Source: an uncultured Verrucomicrobiae bacterium | Lineage (GTDB): Bacteria; Verrucomicrobiota; Verrucomicrobiia; Chthoniobacterales; UBA10450 | Assembly (NCBI GenBank): GCA_963834385.1 | Contig: CAWIBO010000002.1 | Location: forward strand, 192,001-256,000 | DNA: 64,000 nucleotides | Reading direction: 5' to 3' | Shown: positions 32,822 to 42,297 of the stretch, one piece after another | Layout: each line of letters begins with the position of its first letter | Position numbering within the stretch: the stretch's first letter is position 1 | Notes under the pieces: generated by a model | The model's database searches: none | What the model was told of the DNA's origin: nothing | The model's input: only the letters and a program-made list of their open reading frames with translations | Position numbers and translations under genes: made by a program

Positions 32822-35488
32822 GGCTTCGCGCGGGGTGGGGCGGACGGAGCGGGCACCTCGAGTTTCTTCACCTCATCCCGAAGCCGCGCGGTCAAGGCGG
32901 AGCGAAACTTGATTTCGTCGACCGCTTTCTCCACCTCGGACCGACTTGCGGGAGGCAACTCATCCTTCGCATAGGCCTCGAGTTCCCTGATGCGCGATGG
33001 GTCGGCGAAGAAGTTAAAGAGGCCGGGTGCAAACCTGTTGGCGCCGAGCGCATCCGCCTTGGCCAGCAGCGCCTTCATGTTCTTCCGCGCAAATTCCCAC
33101 GCCAGGTCGGGATGACCGCCATAGCGCGCGACTTTCCCCACCAGGTAAAGGGCGCGGCTGGTGGGAAGCTCGTCGGTCAGGGCGAGGGCCAGGGTGCGCC
33201 GGGCCAGCTCCGGGTCGCGCGTGTAGGCGAGCGCATCGTAAAAATTGTTCTTCTGTTCAATGCTGGTGGTTTTCTGCCCCAGCTTGTGCAACCGCTCCCA
33301 GGTCTTCTCGTCGGCATGGGCGCCGACGACGTTGAAAACGGGCGACCTGAGATCGGGCGCGAGCGCCGCCGGCTCTTCGAGAAATTTCTGGAAGTGCTCC
33401 CGGCTTTTGCGAATGACTTCCTCGTCGCCCAGGGTGCCGAGGCCGGAGATAAGCGTCGCTCGCAGGGTCGTGCGCATGGGTGGTTCGCCCTTCTTCGCTT
33501 CCCAGCCCACCTCGGCAAGGCTCTCTCCAAGAACCATTCGCGCATACGCCAAAAACTGTTCGCGTTCCGGAGCATCGCGCAGGAGATAGTCGATAAAGGC
33601 AAAGGCGGCGACGATCTGGGCGCGCTCCGCAAGCTCGGTGGCGGTTCGGCAGGTGCGAAATGAGAGCCGCATAATCTGACAGGGACGCGCGACCCGCCTG
33701 GACCAGCGCCCAAGTGTCGGCCAGGAGATTGACCCGGTCGGCCACGCTCAGGCGGGACATTTCCTCCAGCAACGCCGCCCGGAGCGGTTCGTCGTAGGTC
33801 ACACGGTAATTCCCGGCTCCCTCCGCGTTGAACTTTATCGCGCCGGTCGGAGCCGGGAGAGTGAGGTCGCGTTCCCGCATGAGCGTTGATTTCGTCCCGG
33901 CGGAACCGGCGATCGTGTAGGTGAGGGGGATTGGCCAGGTCACCGGCCCAGGCTCGTCGCGACCGATGATAAATCGCTCCTGCCGCAGCGCGATCTCGTT
34001 CGCGTTCTTCCGCGTGACGCTCACCAGGGGAAACCCGGGTTGCTCCGTCCAGGCGGGGGCCACCTCCGTGATGGGCCGCCCGGACGCCTCCGAGAGCGCG
34101 GCCCAGAGATCGGCCGTGGTGGTGTTTGAATAGGCGTGTTCCTTCATGTAGGCGCGTATGCCCCTGCGAAAGATTTCCTCGCCGAGAAAGACCTCGAGCA
34201 TGCGGATGAGCGCCTGTCCCTTGTTGTAGGTGATCTCATCAAAAGCGCCGCTCGCTTCCGCCTCGGTCTCGATCTTCGTCTGGATGGGGTGGGTGGTGAC
34301 GCGAGCGTCCCCTTCCATGGCGCGCTCCCGGGAGATGCCCGGACGCCGGATTGGATCCCGCGGCACCTCGTTCCGGAGCCAGACTTCCCATTGCGGATTG
34401 AAATGCGCTGTCACCTTGCTGCCCATCCAGGAAGCGAATCCCTCGTTGAGCCAGAGGTTGTCCCACCAGGCCATGGTGACGAGGTTGCCAAACCATTGAT
34501 GGGCGATCTCGTGGGCCACCACGGCATAGACATCCTGTTTGGTCTTTTCCGAGGAATTGGCGGGATCGTAGAGCAGGACCGACTCGAAGTAGGTAATGGC
34601 GCCCCAGTTCTCCATCGCGCCGCTGAACCCGCCGGGCAGGGCGATCATGTCCAGCTTCGGCAGGGGGTAAGGCGTCCCGAAGTAGTCGTTGAAATATTCC
34701 AGGACCTGGCCTGCCGCGGCGAGAGCATGTTTTCCCCATTCCTCCCTGCCCTTGGTGGCGTAGACGCGAATTTTCACGCCGGCGACCTCTTTCTCCACGA
34801 AACGGAACTCGCCCGCGCAGAGGACATTCAGATAGCTGGGCATGGAGGGAGTCATGCCAAAGCGAAATTCGCGTTTGTTATCGGTGACCTTCTCCTCCTC
34901 CACGGGCATGTTCGAGATGGCGGTCCACGCGGCGGGAACCACGGCGGTGAGCTGGAAACGCGCCCGAAAAGCCGGCTCATCCCAACAGGGGAACATGCGG
35001 CGCGCGTCGGTCGCCTCGAACTGCGTGCCGAGGGCGACCTTCCTCGCGCCCGTGCCCTGCTCCTGGTAGGGCGCGTGGAAGAGGCCGTAACCGGCCTGGT
35101 TGATGCGACCGGTGTAATCGAGCCTGATGGTATGCGCGCCCGGCTTCAGTCCGCCTGCGACGGAAAGGGTGAGCAACTGCTCTTTCTCATCCAGTCGCAC
35201 GGCCGCCGCCGGCAATTCGCGATCGTCCACCACGGCCCGGGTAATGCGGAGATCAGCCGCGTTTAAAATAATCTCGGACGAAGCTTTTTCGACCTCGACC
35301 CGGATCAGGACAGACCCGGCAAAGGTGCGCGCTTCGACATCGGGCACGACGCGGATGGCATATTCGCGCGGGAGAATGTGCTTCGGCAGTTTGCCCGGCG
35401 TGTCCGCGAAGGAAAACGGCTTCTCACCCAAGGCCGGGGGGATTATGCCAGCGAGAAGAACCACAAGAAGCAACCACCGCCCGGCCAT
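32818..35488 (-). CDS. Secreted M1 family aminopeptidase with ERAP1-like C-terminus (frameshift near 33650)
   Basis: Signal peptide; TQFEATDARRMFPCWDEP, GAMENWG, HEIAHQWFGNLVT...LNEGFA; C-terminal helical domain in ORF 32818-33672. Confidence 0.92.
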
Positions 35489-35537
35489 TTCCTTCTTTAA
35501 CTCGCCCGGGCCCCTCTGCACGCGATTTCGCGCATGC

Positions 35538-35981
35538 CTATTTAAGGACCAGCGCCACCACGAGGTGGCCATCGCCGATCTGCGGGCCACGAATCAGAAG
35601 GGGGTTGCCCGCGCTCAATCTGGCCTCGGTTTCGAGCAGGAGCTTGTCCTGCTGCAGAAAGCGGAGGCCAAGCAGATAGCCGGTGGGCGTGCTTTCGCGC
35701 GTGCGCACCTCGACCGTGAAATATTTAGTGTTGGCGCTCCAGGTCTCCTCTTTCGAGGAAAGGATCTGGGTATTCATTCCCAGGAGGGTGAACTGATTGT
35801 AACCGAAGGTGGACTTGAGCGTCTCCTCGAGAGGGCGCAGCTCCGGCGGCACGGGCGTGGGGCTGGCCGTGTTGCTGGCCATCATGATCCCGCTCCAGAC
35901 CGTGTCGGCCCGCACCGGACTGGCGCTGAGCGATACCAAACCCGCCAGGGTGCCGAGGAGAAGCAGCCAGCGAGTTTTCAT
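35538..35981 (-). CDS. Exported hypothetical protein (third gene of ECF operon)
   Basis: Signal peptide ending in VRA; tightly coupled to the anti-sigma gene. Confidence 0.75.
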   Translation of the reverse strand: MKTRWLLLLGTLAGLVSLSASPVRADTVWSGIMMASNTASPTPVPPELRPLEETLKSTFGYNQFTLLGMNTQILSSKEETWSANTKYFTVEVRTRESTPTGYLLGLRFLQQDKLLLETEARLSAGNPLLIRGPQIGDGHLVVALVLK

Positions 35982-35984
35982 CCG

Positions 35985-36497
35985 TTACCGGGCGGCGTAC
36001 TCCGACGGGAGCGACTCGAGGCCTTCCACCCAAAGCACCGTCGCCTTCTCATCTTTGGCCTGGAAAATCGTCACCGTGGCGTCGGGGTTGGTGTCGTGGT
36101 CGACCCGGGCGCTCAGGATCTGCGAAAGATAGCCTGATTGATCCGCGGCCGGTTGCTCACGGAAGAGAAACAGGGAAGTGAGCGTGAGGGCGGCGGCAAC
36201 GGCTGCGCCCGTCCAGGCCACCCGGCCAAAAGACCACCAGCCGGCGAAGGTGCGGGCAGGCTTGGCGGATGGGGCGGCGGCCGCGATGCGGTTGTGGACC
36301 TGATGACTGAAGAAATCGGCGTTCTGCATCGGCGCCGCTGCGAGATGTTCCCGGAGGAGACCCCCGAGCTGCCGGGCCTGCTGCCGTTCCGCCTCGGCGG
36401 CGGCGCGATCGGGCAGCGCGGCTTCAAAGGCGGCCAGTTCGGGTTCCTTGAGCTCGCCATCGAGCCAGGCGGTCCATTTTTCTTCAAACGTTTTCAT
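35985..36497 (-). CDS. Transmembrane anti-sigma factor
   Basis: WTAWLDGEL N-terminal domain, single TM helix, periplasmic tail; overlaps the sigma gene stop. Confidence 0.8.
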   Translation of the reverse strand: MKTFEEKWTAWLDGELKEPELAAFEAALPDRAAAEAERQQARQLGGLLREHLAAAPMQNADFFSHQVHNRIAAAAPSAKPARTFAGWWSFGRVAWTGAAVAAALTLTSLFLFREQPAADQSGYLSQILSARVDHDTNPDATVTIFQAKDEKATVLWVEGLESLPSEYAAR

Positions 36498-37128
36498 AAA
36501 CATCCCTCAGCAAATTCTGCAGTTTTTTGCGGGCATAAAAGAGCCGCGACATCACGGTGCCGATCGAACATTCGAGCGTCTCCGCGATCTCGTGATACTG
36601 CATGCCCTCGGTTTCCTTCATCAGGATGACCGCGCGATGTTCCGGTGAAAGCTGCGCGATGGCCTGGTCGATCCGGCTCCGAATCTCAGCGTGCTGCATC
36701 CGCTGGTGCGGCAACGCCTCGGCCTTCGGCATGGTGTGCGAGCCGGGCTCGACGTCTCCCAGGGCAATCGCGTCGTCAAACTCCGCGCCGGTGCCCTTGA
36801 CCTGTTTTTTGCGCAGCCAGTCGATCGTGACGTTCATCACGATCCGATAAATCCAGGTATAAAACGAGGAGCGGCCCCGGAATCGACCAATCGATTTCCA
36901 GGCCTTGACGAAGGAGTCCTGGGCGAGGTCCCAGGCGTCCTGCTCGTTGTGCACCATGTTATAGATCATACCGTAAACTCGCGAACGATAGCGGCTTACC
37001 AGTCGATCGAAGGCTTCCGTCTCCCCGGCCTGACATTTTGCGATCAGGTCCAGTTCCGACACCTCGACCTCGGGGGAAGTCGTTTCCGTATGCATGAGAT
37101 TGGACGGGGGAGCGGTTATTTCATTCAA
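36484..37128 (-). CDS. ECF sigma-70 factor (RpoE-like)
   Basis: AWDLAQDSFVKAW, FYTWIYRI, YHEIAETLECSIGTVMSRLFYARKKL. Confidence 0.94.
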   Translation of the reverse strand: MNEITAPPSNLMHTETTSPEVEVSELDLIAKCQAGETEAFDRLVSRYRSRVYGMIYNMVHNEQDAWDLAQDSFVKAWKSIGRFRGRSSFYTWIYRIVMNVTIDWLRKKQVKGTGAEFDDAIALGDVEPGSHTMPKAEALPHQRMQHAEIRSRIDQAIAQLSPEHRAVILMKETEGMQYHEIAETLECSIGTVMSRLFYARKKLQNLLRDVYENV

Positions 37129-37138
37129 ACAGCCTTAC

Positions 37139-37789
37139 TTATAGGCTGCCAAACCGTCTCCGCCACTCCAGGCGGTATTCGCCCATCAGGCTGATAATCC
37201 CGTCGCGGACCTCGAAGAGGCGCTGGGCCAGGGCGCCATGGGCCCCCTCGCTGATCAAATCCAGGGCGAGAAGCTCGGAGCCCGCTTCCATCGCCACGGT
37301 GATGGCCTTGAGGGCGCGCTTGAGGTAGGCGATGGTCATGCCGATCTCATCCAGGTCGTCATCGCTCAGGGCGGCGGCGAGCTTGGCGCTGGCCAAAGCG
37401 GAATGGGTCGCCAGCTTGACCGCGGCGGGCTCGTTCTGAAAAACGGGGTGCTCCTCGAACAGTTGGTCAATCCAGACAGTGAGAGCAAACGCGGCCCGGT
37501 AAAGCGAGTGTTCCTCGAAGCTGTCAAAGGGATCGTTCTCTTCCGAACGGGCCTCGGCTTTTTCCTCCTCGGAACCAAAAACGCCTTCCTCTTCCTCCTG
37601 CCAGGATTTGTCCTCGGAAAGCTGGGACCATCCCATCTCGCGCGCGATGATCTGGTCGCGTTGGGGATCGTCCAGATACTTCTCCAGCAGCTCCATGTAC
37701 TTCTCTGTCTTGCTGTCCTGCTGCCGGAGAAAGCGCTCCCAGTCATGCTCGTCCCACGCGCGCTCGGATTCGGGATCGTAGCCGCCCAT
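37139..37789 (-). CDS. Hypothetical acidic helical protein
   Basis: Protein-like ORF between rlmN and the ECF sigma gene, same strand. Confidence 0.75.
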   Translation of the reverse strand: MGGYDPESERAWDEHDWERFLRQQDSKTEKYMELLEKYLDDPQRDQIIAREMGWSQLSEDKSWQEEEEGVFGSEEEKAEARSEENDPFDSFEEHSLYRAAFALTVWIDQLFEEHPVFQNEPAAVKLATHSALASAKLAAALSDDDLDEIGMTIAYLKRALKAITVAMEAGSELLALDLISEGAHGALAQRLFEVRDGIISLMGEYRLEWRRRFGSL

Positions 37790-37855
37790 AAAACTCTATC
37801 GGCCAGCTTTCCCGGGGGCGCAAAAAAACTTTTGCTGTGGGAAACCGTCTCTTTT

Positions 37856-38944
37856 TTACGCGGGCGGCGCGGCGGTCTCCGCTTCCTCGGCGCGCTTGGT
37901 CTGCAGCCGCAGCTGGCCGCAGGCCGCCTCGATGTCGTGCCCTTTCTCCCGCCGGAGGGTCGCAACGGCGCCTTCCGCCTTGGTCAGGGCGAGAAACCGT
38001 TCCTGCCGGGCGCGGGAGGGGCGCGACCATTCCAGTCCTTCCACGCTGTTGTAGGGAATCAGGTTGACCTTGGCCTTCAGACCACGCGCGAGCCGTCCGA
38101 GGAGCGTGGCCTGCTCGTCGCTGTCGTTGATTCCCTCGATCAGGATGAATTCAAAGGTGAGCCGCTGCTTTTTTCGGCTCGTGTAATGGGCGCACGCCTC
38201 CAGCAGCGTGGCCAGGTTGTATTTTCGGTTCACCGGCATGATGCGATTGCGCACCTCGTCGGTGGCGCCGTGGAGGGAGATGGCCAGCCTGATCTGGAGC
38301 GGTTGGTCGGCCAGAAGGCGTATCTGCGGGGCAAGCCCGCTGGTGGAAACGGTAATATGCCGCGCACCGACCTCGAGACCCCAGGGGCTGTTGATTATCT
38401 GCAGCGCAGTCATGAGATGCGCAAAGTTGGCCAGCGGCTCGCCCATGCCCATGAAAACAATGTTATCGATCCGGTCGCCGCTGGCCCGTTCCACCTCGAT
38501 GAACTGGTCGACGATCTCGCCCGGGGTCAGGTTGCGCGAAAATCCGTCAAGCCCGCTGGCGCAAAATCGACAGCCATAGGCGCACCCGACCTGGGTGGAA
38601 ATGCAGATCGTCCGGCGATCGGAACGTTCTCCATAAAGCGCCGGCGAGGCGGGGATCAGGACCGACTCGATCAGGCTGCCGTCTCCGAGCCGGAAGAGAT
38701 ATTTGCGCGTGGTGTCGGCGGACCCGAGGACGCGGACCATCTCGGGTGGGGCAAGGGAAAAGCGGGCCGCGATCTGCTCGCGCAGATCGCGCGGCAGGTC
38801 GGTCATCTCCTCGAAAGAGCGAACGCGCTTCCGATACAGCCAGTCAGCCAGTTGCCGCGCCCGGTAGTCCGGCTGCCCGAGTTCCCGCATCAGGAGGGAG
38901 ATCGCCTCCAGCGGAAGCGACTTGATCGAGGGGACAGCCGTCAT
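37856..38944 (-). CDS. rlmN: 23S rRNA/tRNA m2A methyltransferase RlmN (radical SAM)
   Basis: CISTQVGCAYGCRFCASG, FMGMGEP, ISLH, NLIPYN, DIEAACGQL. Confidence 0.96.
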   Translation of the reverse strand: MTAVPSIKSLPLEAISLLMRELGQPDYRARQLADWLYRKRVRSFEEMTDLPRDLREQIAARFSLAPPEMVRVLGSADTTRKYLFRLGDGSLIESVLIPASPALYGERSDRRTICISTQVGCAYGCRFCASGLDGFSRNLTPGEIVDQFIEVERASGDRIDNIVFMGMGEPLANFAHLMTALQIINSPWGLEVGARHITVSTSGLAPQIRLLADQPLQIRLAISLHGATDEVRNRIMPVNRKYNLATLLEACAHYTSRKKQRLTFEFILIEGINDSDEQATLLGRLARGLKAKVNLIPYNSVEGLEWSRPSRARQERFLALTKAEGAVATLRREKGHDIEAACGQLRLQTKRAEEAETAAPPA

Positions 38945-39034
38945 CCTGGAAATGTAGGTGGGCGACGCCTTCTGTCATGCCGGCAGGCGGCGGGGGCATG
39001 ACAAGCGACCGAAGCCGCGGCACCTTCGGCCCGG

Positions 39035-39791
39035 ATGAGGCAGGAAAAACGCGTGCAACCCTGGCGAATTGGCTGGGAAGCCGCGCGGGCCAATGTCATC
39101 CCCGCCCTGTGCCTCCAGGCCGTCATGCTCGGGCCTGCTTCTCGGTTTCTATTTTCATCCTCCCACGGCGGATTGGCTCGGGAAACTGGCGGGGTTGCGC
39201 GAGCGTTACGGCCTGTTTTTCATCGTGGGGGCTTCCATCATGGCGGGGGCGCTGCTCCCGGAACTGTTTGTGGTCCTCGTCTTCCAGGGTGGGAAAATCA
39301 GGCTGGCCAACCTGAAGAACCTGGCCTTCAACGCGCCTTTCTGGGCGATCGACGGCATCCTGGTCGATCTGATGTATCGCGGGCTCGGGCATCTGCTCGG
39401 CACCGCGGTCACCGTCCCGGTGGTGCTGGGCAAGATCGTCCTCGACCAGTTCGGCTACAATCCGTTCTTCGCCGCGCCTTACGGCATCTGGGGATACGCC
39501 TGGAAACATGGCGGTTATTCCTGGAAAAAGCTGCGCCCGCTGGTGACATGGACCTACTACCGTGAGCATGCCGTGCCTGTCCTGATCGCAACGTGGGCGG
39601 TCTGGATCCCACTCGTGGCGATCATCTATTCGCTGCCGCTTGCCTTGCAGTTTCCGCTGTTTGCGTTAGCTCTGGCCTTCTGGGTTTTGATGATGACTTA
39701 CATGACCAATCGATTTGCCGAGACACACCGGGTGGAGGAGGAGCCGCCGCCGGTGGCGGTTGTCCCGCCCCTGACCACGACCGCGGAATGA
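39035..39791 (+). CDS. Mpv17/PMP22-like membrane protein (frameshift near 39133)
   Basis: N-terminus in ORF 39035 (EAARANVIPALCLQ) joins ORF 39069; KIVLDQFGYNP and WAVWIP...LP resemble Mpv17/PMP22 motifs. Confidence 0.65.
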
Positions 39792-40321
39792 AAGCGCACC
39801 GGATTTTCGAGCAGATGTCGCCGACCCTGGCGGCGCGCATCCTCGCCTGGTTGCAGGCGGAGGAGAAGGCCATCTACAAGGCGGCCGTGCAGGGGCTGGC
39901 CAACCAGCGCAAGCTTCGCCCCGTTTTTATTGAACGGAAGCCGCCTGCGGAGCGCCATCCCTGGATGCAGGCGGCCTTGAGCCGGCCGGTCAGCGATGCC
40001 CTTGCCGGTCACGTGGTGCAGGCCTGGCTGCTGGGGCCGCAAAAACAAATGCTGCGCGATTTTCTGGGCGCCCTTGGGATCGAGCACGCGGAGGACGGGA
40101 CGGTCGAGGAGCTGCCGCCGTCGCCGCCGAAGGAGAAGATTGCGGAGGCCGTGGGGCAGCTCCTGGCGAAGCATCCTGCCGAGGAAGTGGCGGTTTACCT
40201 CCACGCCTTCCAGGGGATGGACAGCGCGGTGAACTGGGCGGCGCTCGAAGAAATTCTCGCGGAGAAGAGCGAGCTGCGGCTCGGCGGACCGCGCCCTCAG
40301 GCGGTCGACGTCACTTCGTAA
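39788..40321 (+). CDS. Hypothetical protein
   Basis: ATG 39788 overlaps the upstream stop (ATGA); MKAHRIFEQMSP... helical, protein-like. Confidence 0.75.
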   Translation: MKAHRIFEQMSPTLAARILAWLQAEEKAIYKAAVQGLANQRKLRPVFIERKPPAERHPWMQAALSRPVSDALAGHVVQAWLLGPQKQMLRDFLGALGIEHAEDGTVEELPPSPPKEKIAEAVGQLLAKHPAEEVAVYLHAFQGMDSAVNWAALEEILAEKSELRLGGPRPQAVDVTS

Positions 40322-41087
40322 AGAAGCGCAGGGCGTCATGCACGCCCGCCCCGGCGATGTGCCGGGAGACAAAGCCGCCCGCTTCTCGCACCACTTCCTT
40401 CACCTCGGGAATGGCGTTGGCGGGGCAGGCCGGAAGAGCGGCGTGTCGCCCATCAAGCATGGAAAGATCGTTATGGTGATCGCCGGCCGCGAAAATCTGG
40501 TCCCGCGGCACCTCGAGCAAACGGGCCAGCTCGGCCAGCGCGGCGCCTTTGTGGTAATCCGCGTGGCAAAAACGGAGGTAAACCGTGTTGCGCTGGTAAT
40601 GAAACTTGGGCTGCCGCGCCCGGGCGCGATCAATGAACTCCACGATGCGCGTCATTTCCTCTTCGTCCGTCGCAATCAGGCCTTCCAATCCGTGCGCTTG
40701 ATGAATCAAACGCGCCCGCGTTTTCTGCGTGACGAATGTGACCACCTCCGTGAGGACCGACTCGGCCGATTGGAACAAGTCGGCGTGATCACGGGCGCAG
40801 CGCTCATTCCAATCCCCAAACGGTTCCCAGCGGGTGCCGTTGGTGCCGGGCCGGAAGACATCGCGTTCGCTGGTGAGGATAAAATCGGGCCGGAAGGGAA
40901 AAGCGAAGTCGAGCAGGCCGGATTCGAGCAGTTCGACGGAGCGACCCGTGTTGATGGCCCAGACGGCGCCCTCCTGCTGCAGCTCGCGGATCAGCTCCAT
41001 GCAACCGGCATGGAAGACCGGCTCCGTGTCGTGCGCCACGAGCGTTCCGTCAAAATCGGTACTGAGAAGTCGAAGGGGGGCGGGCAT
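40311..41087 (-). CDS. HAD-IIB (Cof-like) hydrolase
   Basis: STDFDGT, INTGR, HKG, AGDHHNDLSML. Confidence 0.9.
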   Translation of the reverse strand: MPAPLRLLSTDFDGTLVAHDTEPVFHAGCMELIRELQQEGAVWAINTGRSVELLESGLLDFAFPFRPDFILTSERDVFRPGTNGTRWEPFGDWNERCARDHADLFQSAESVLTEVVTFVTQKTRARLIHQAHGLEGLIATDEEEMTRIVEFIDRARARQPKFHYQRNTVYLRFCHADYHKGAALAELARLLEVPRDQIFAAGDHHNDLSMLDGRHAALPACPANAIPEVKEVVREAGGFVSRHIAGAGVHDALRFFTK

Positions 41088-41149
41088 GCGAACGGGCAAT
41101 CTAGAGCCTCTCGTGCCGGAGGCAAAGGCAGGCCCGGCAGACGGACGCG

Positions 41150-42043
41150 CTAGCGGGAGCCGGCGGGTGGCTCTGCCTCGTCCACCAGGAGCCGCGGCGC
41201 CCGGCGCCGGGCCAGGTTATCGGAAAGAAGCGCAGTGCAATCCTTGACCCCGACCGGGCTTCCCTGGAGCGAGCCGTTTGACTCCTTCAAGGCGCGCATG
41301 GCGTTTTCCATGGCCGCCTGCACCGGGAACAGGCAAGGGGTGCTGTAGATGACCAGCTTCACCCCCGCGCCCTGCAGGTCGGAAAGATCACAGGGCGGTG
41401 ATTTGCCGCCGGCGATCTGGTTGAAACCAAAGGGCTGCGAGATGCGGGCGCTGAGCTGGCGGACGGTCTCAAGGCTGCGCAAGCCGTCCACCAGGACAGC
41501 GTCGGCCCCGGCCTCGCTGAAGGCGAGGACGCGCTGTTCAATGTCGGCGGGATCGGAACTGTCCGTGCGGGCCACCACGAAGAGGTCTTTCCGGGTGGCA
41601 AGGACCTGGCGCAACTTGGCCAGGTATTCATCGAGTTCCATGATCTGTTTTCCCTCGAAATGGCCGCAGCGGCGGGGGCGTTTCTGGTCTTCCAGGACCA
41701 CCCCGGAGGCGCCGGAAGCCTCGAGCAGGGAAACAACATGGCAGGCGGTCTCGGGATCAACGTAGCCGTCGTCGATATCGACCAGGAGATGATGGGCGGG
41801 CAGGACGGCGCGGACCCGCTGAACATAAGCCACGATATCCGACCAGGTGATAAAGCCGATGTCGGGCAGACCGTAGAAGCTGGCCGCGAAACCGAAGCCG
41901 CTGAGGAAAAGGGCATCATAATGCCGGCCGGCCAGGCCGGCGGAGAAGACATCGTAAACCCCGATGAAGGGCTTGATTTCGGCCTGGCGCACGGCCTGGC
42001 GCATCCGTTCGCCGGGGGAAAGGGCCTGAGAGGGTGCCGTCAT
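41150..42043 (-). CDS. Isocitrate lyase / PEP mutase superfamily enzyme (lyase/oxaloacetate-hydrolase branch)
   Basis: SGFG...GLPDIG, VDIDDGY, LEDQKRPRRCGH catalytic loop, VARTD, GGKSP. Confidence 0.88.
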   Translation of the reverse strand: MTAPSQALSPGERMRQAVRQAEIKPFIGVYDVFSAGLAGRHYDALFLSGFGFAASFYGLPDIGFITWSDIVAYVQRVRAVLPAHHLLVDIDDGYVDPETACHVVSLLEASGASGVVLEDQKRPRRCGHFEGKQIMELDEYLAKLRQVLATRKDLFVVARTDSSDPADIEQRVLAFSEAGADAVLVDGLRSLETVRQLSARISQPFGFNQIAGGKSPPCDLSDLQGAGVKLVIYSTPCLFPVQAAMENAMRALKESNGSLQGSPVGVKDCTALLSDNLARRRAPRLLVDEAEPPAGSR

Positions 42044-42297
42044 GACTTTTGTTGTTCGATGAAATCGAGGATGTGTCCGATCGACGCGAGTTGCTCGGGA
42101 TCGACGCCCGTGATCGAGAAATCGACCCCGTGCGCGGTTTCGAGATAGCTGACGATCTGCAAAATAGCCAGCGAATCGATCAGGCCCGAGGCCACGAGGC
42201 GGTCGTCGTCGCCGAGCGATTCAATGGGCGCACCGGCCTTCTGGATCCCGCGCAGAAAGGCGAGGAGATGCGTTCGGTCCTGCTCGCGTGTGCTCAT
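42040..42297 (-). CDS. Acyl carrier protein (DltC-like)
   Basis: 85 aa acidic protein with GLIDSL phosphopantetheine site; ATGA overlaps on both sides. Confidence 0.9.
   Translation of the reverse strand: MSTREQDRTHLLAFLRGIQKAGAPIESLGDDDRLVASGLIDSLAILQIVSYLETAHGVDFSITGVDPEQLASIGHILDFIEQQKS

Noticed and set aside
41150..42043. Phosphonate biosynthesis (PEP mutase) cluster
   Set aside because: Lacks the EDK-x5-NS PepM motif, has the CGH lyase loop instead, and no phosphonopyruvate decarboxylase is nearby.
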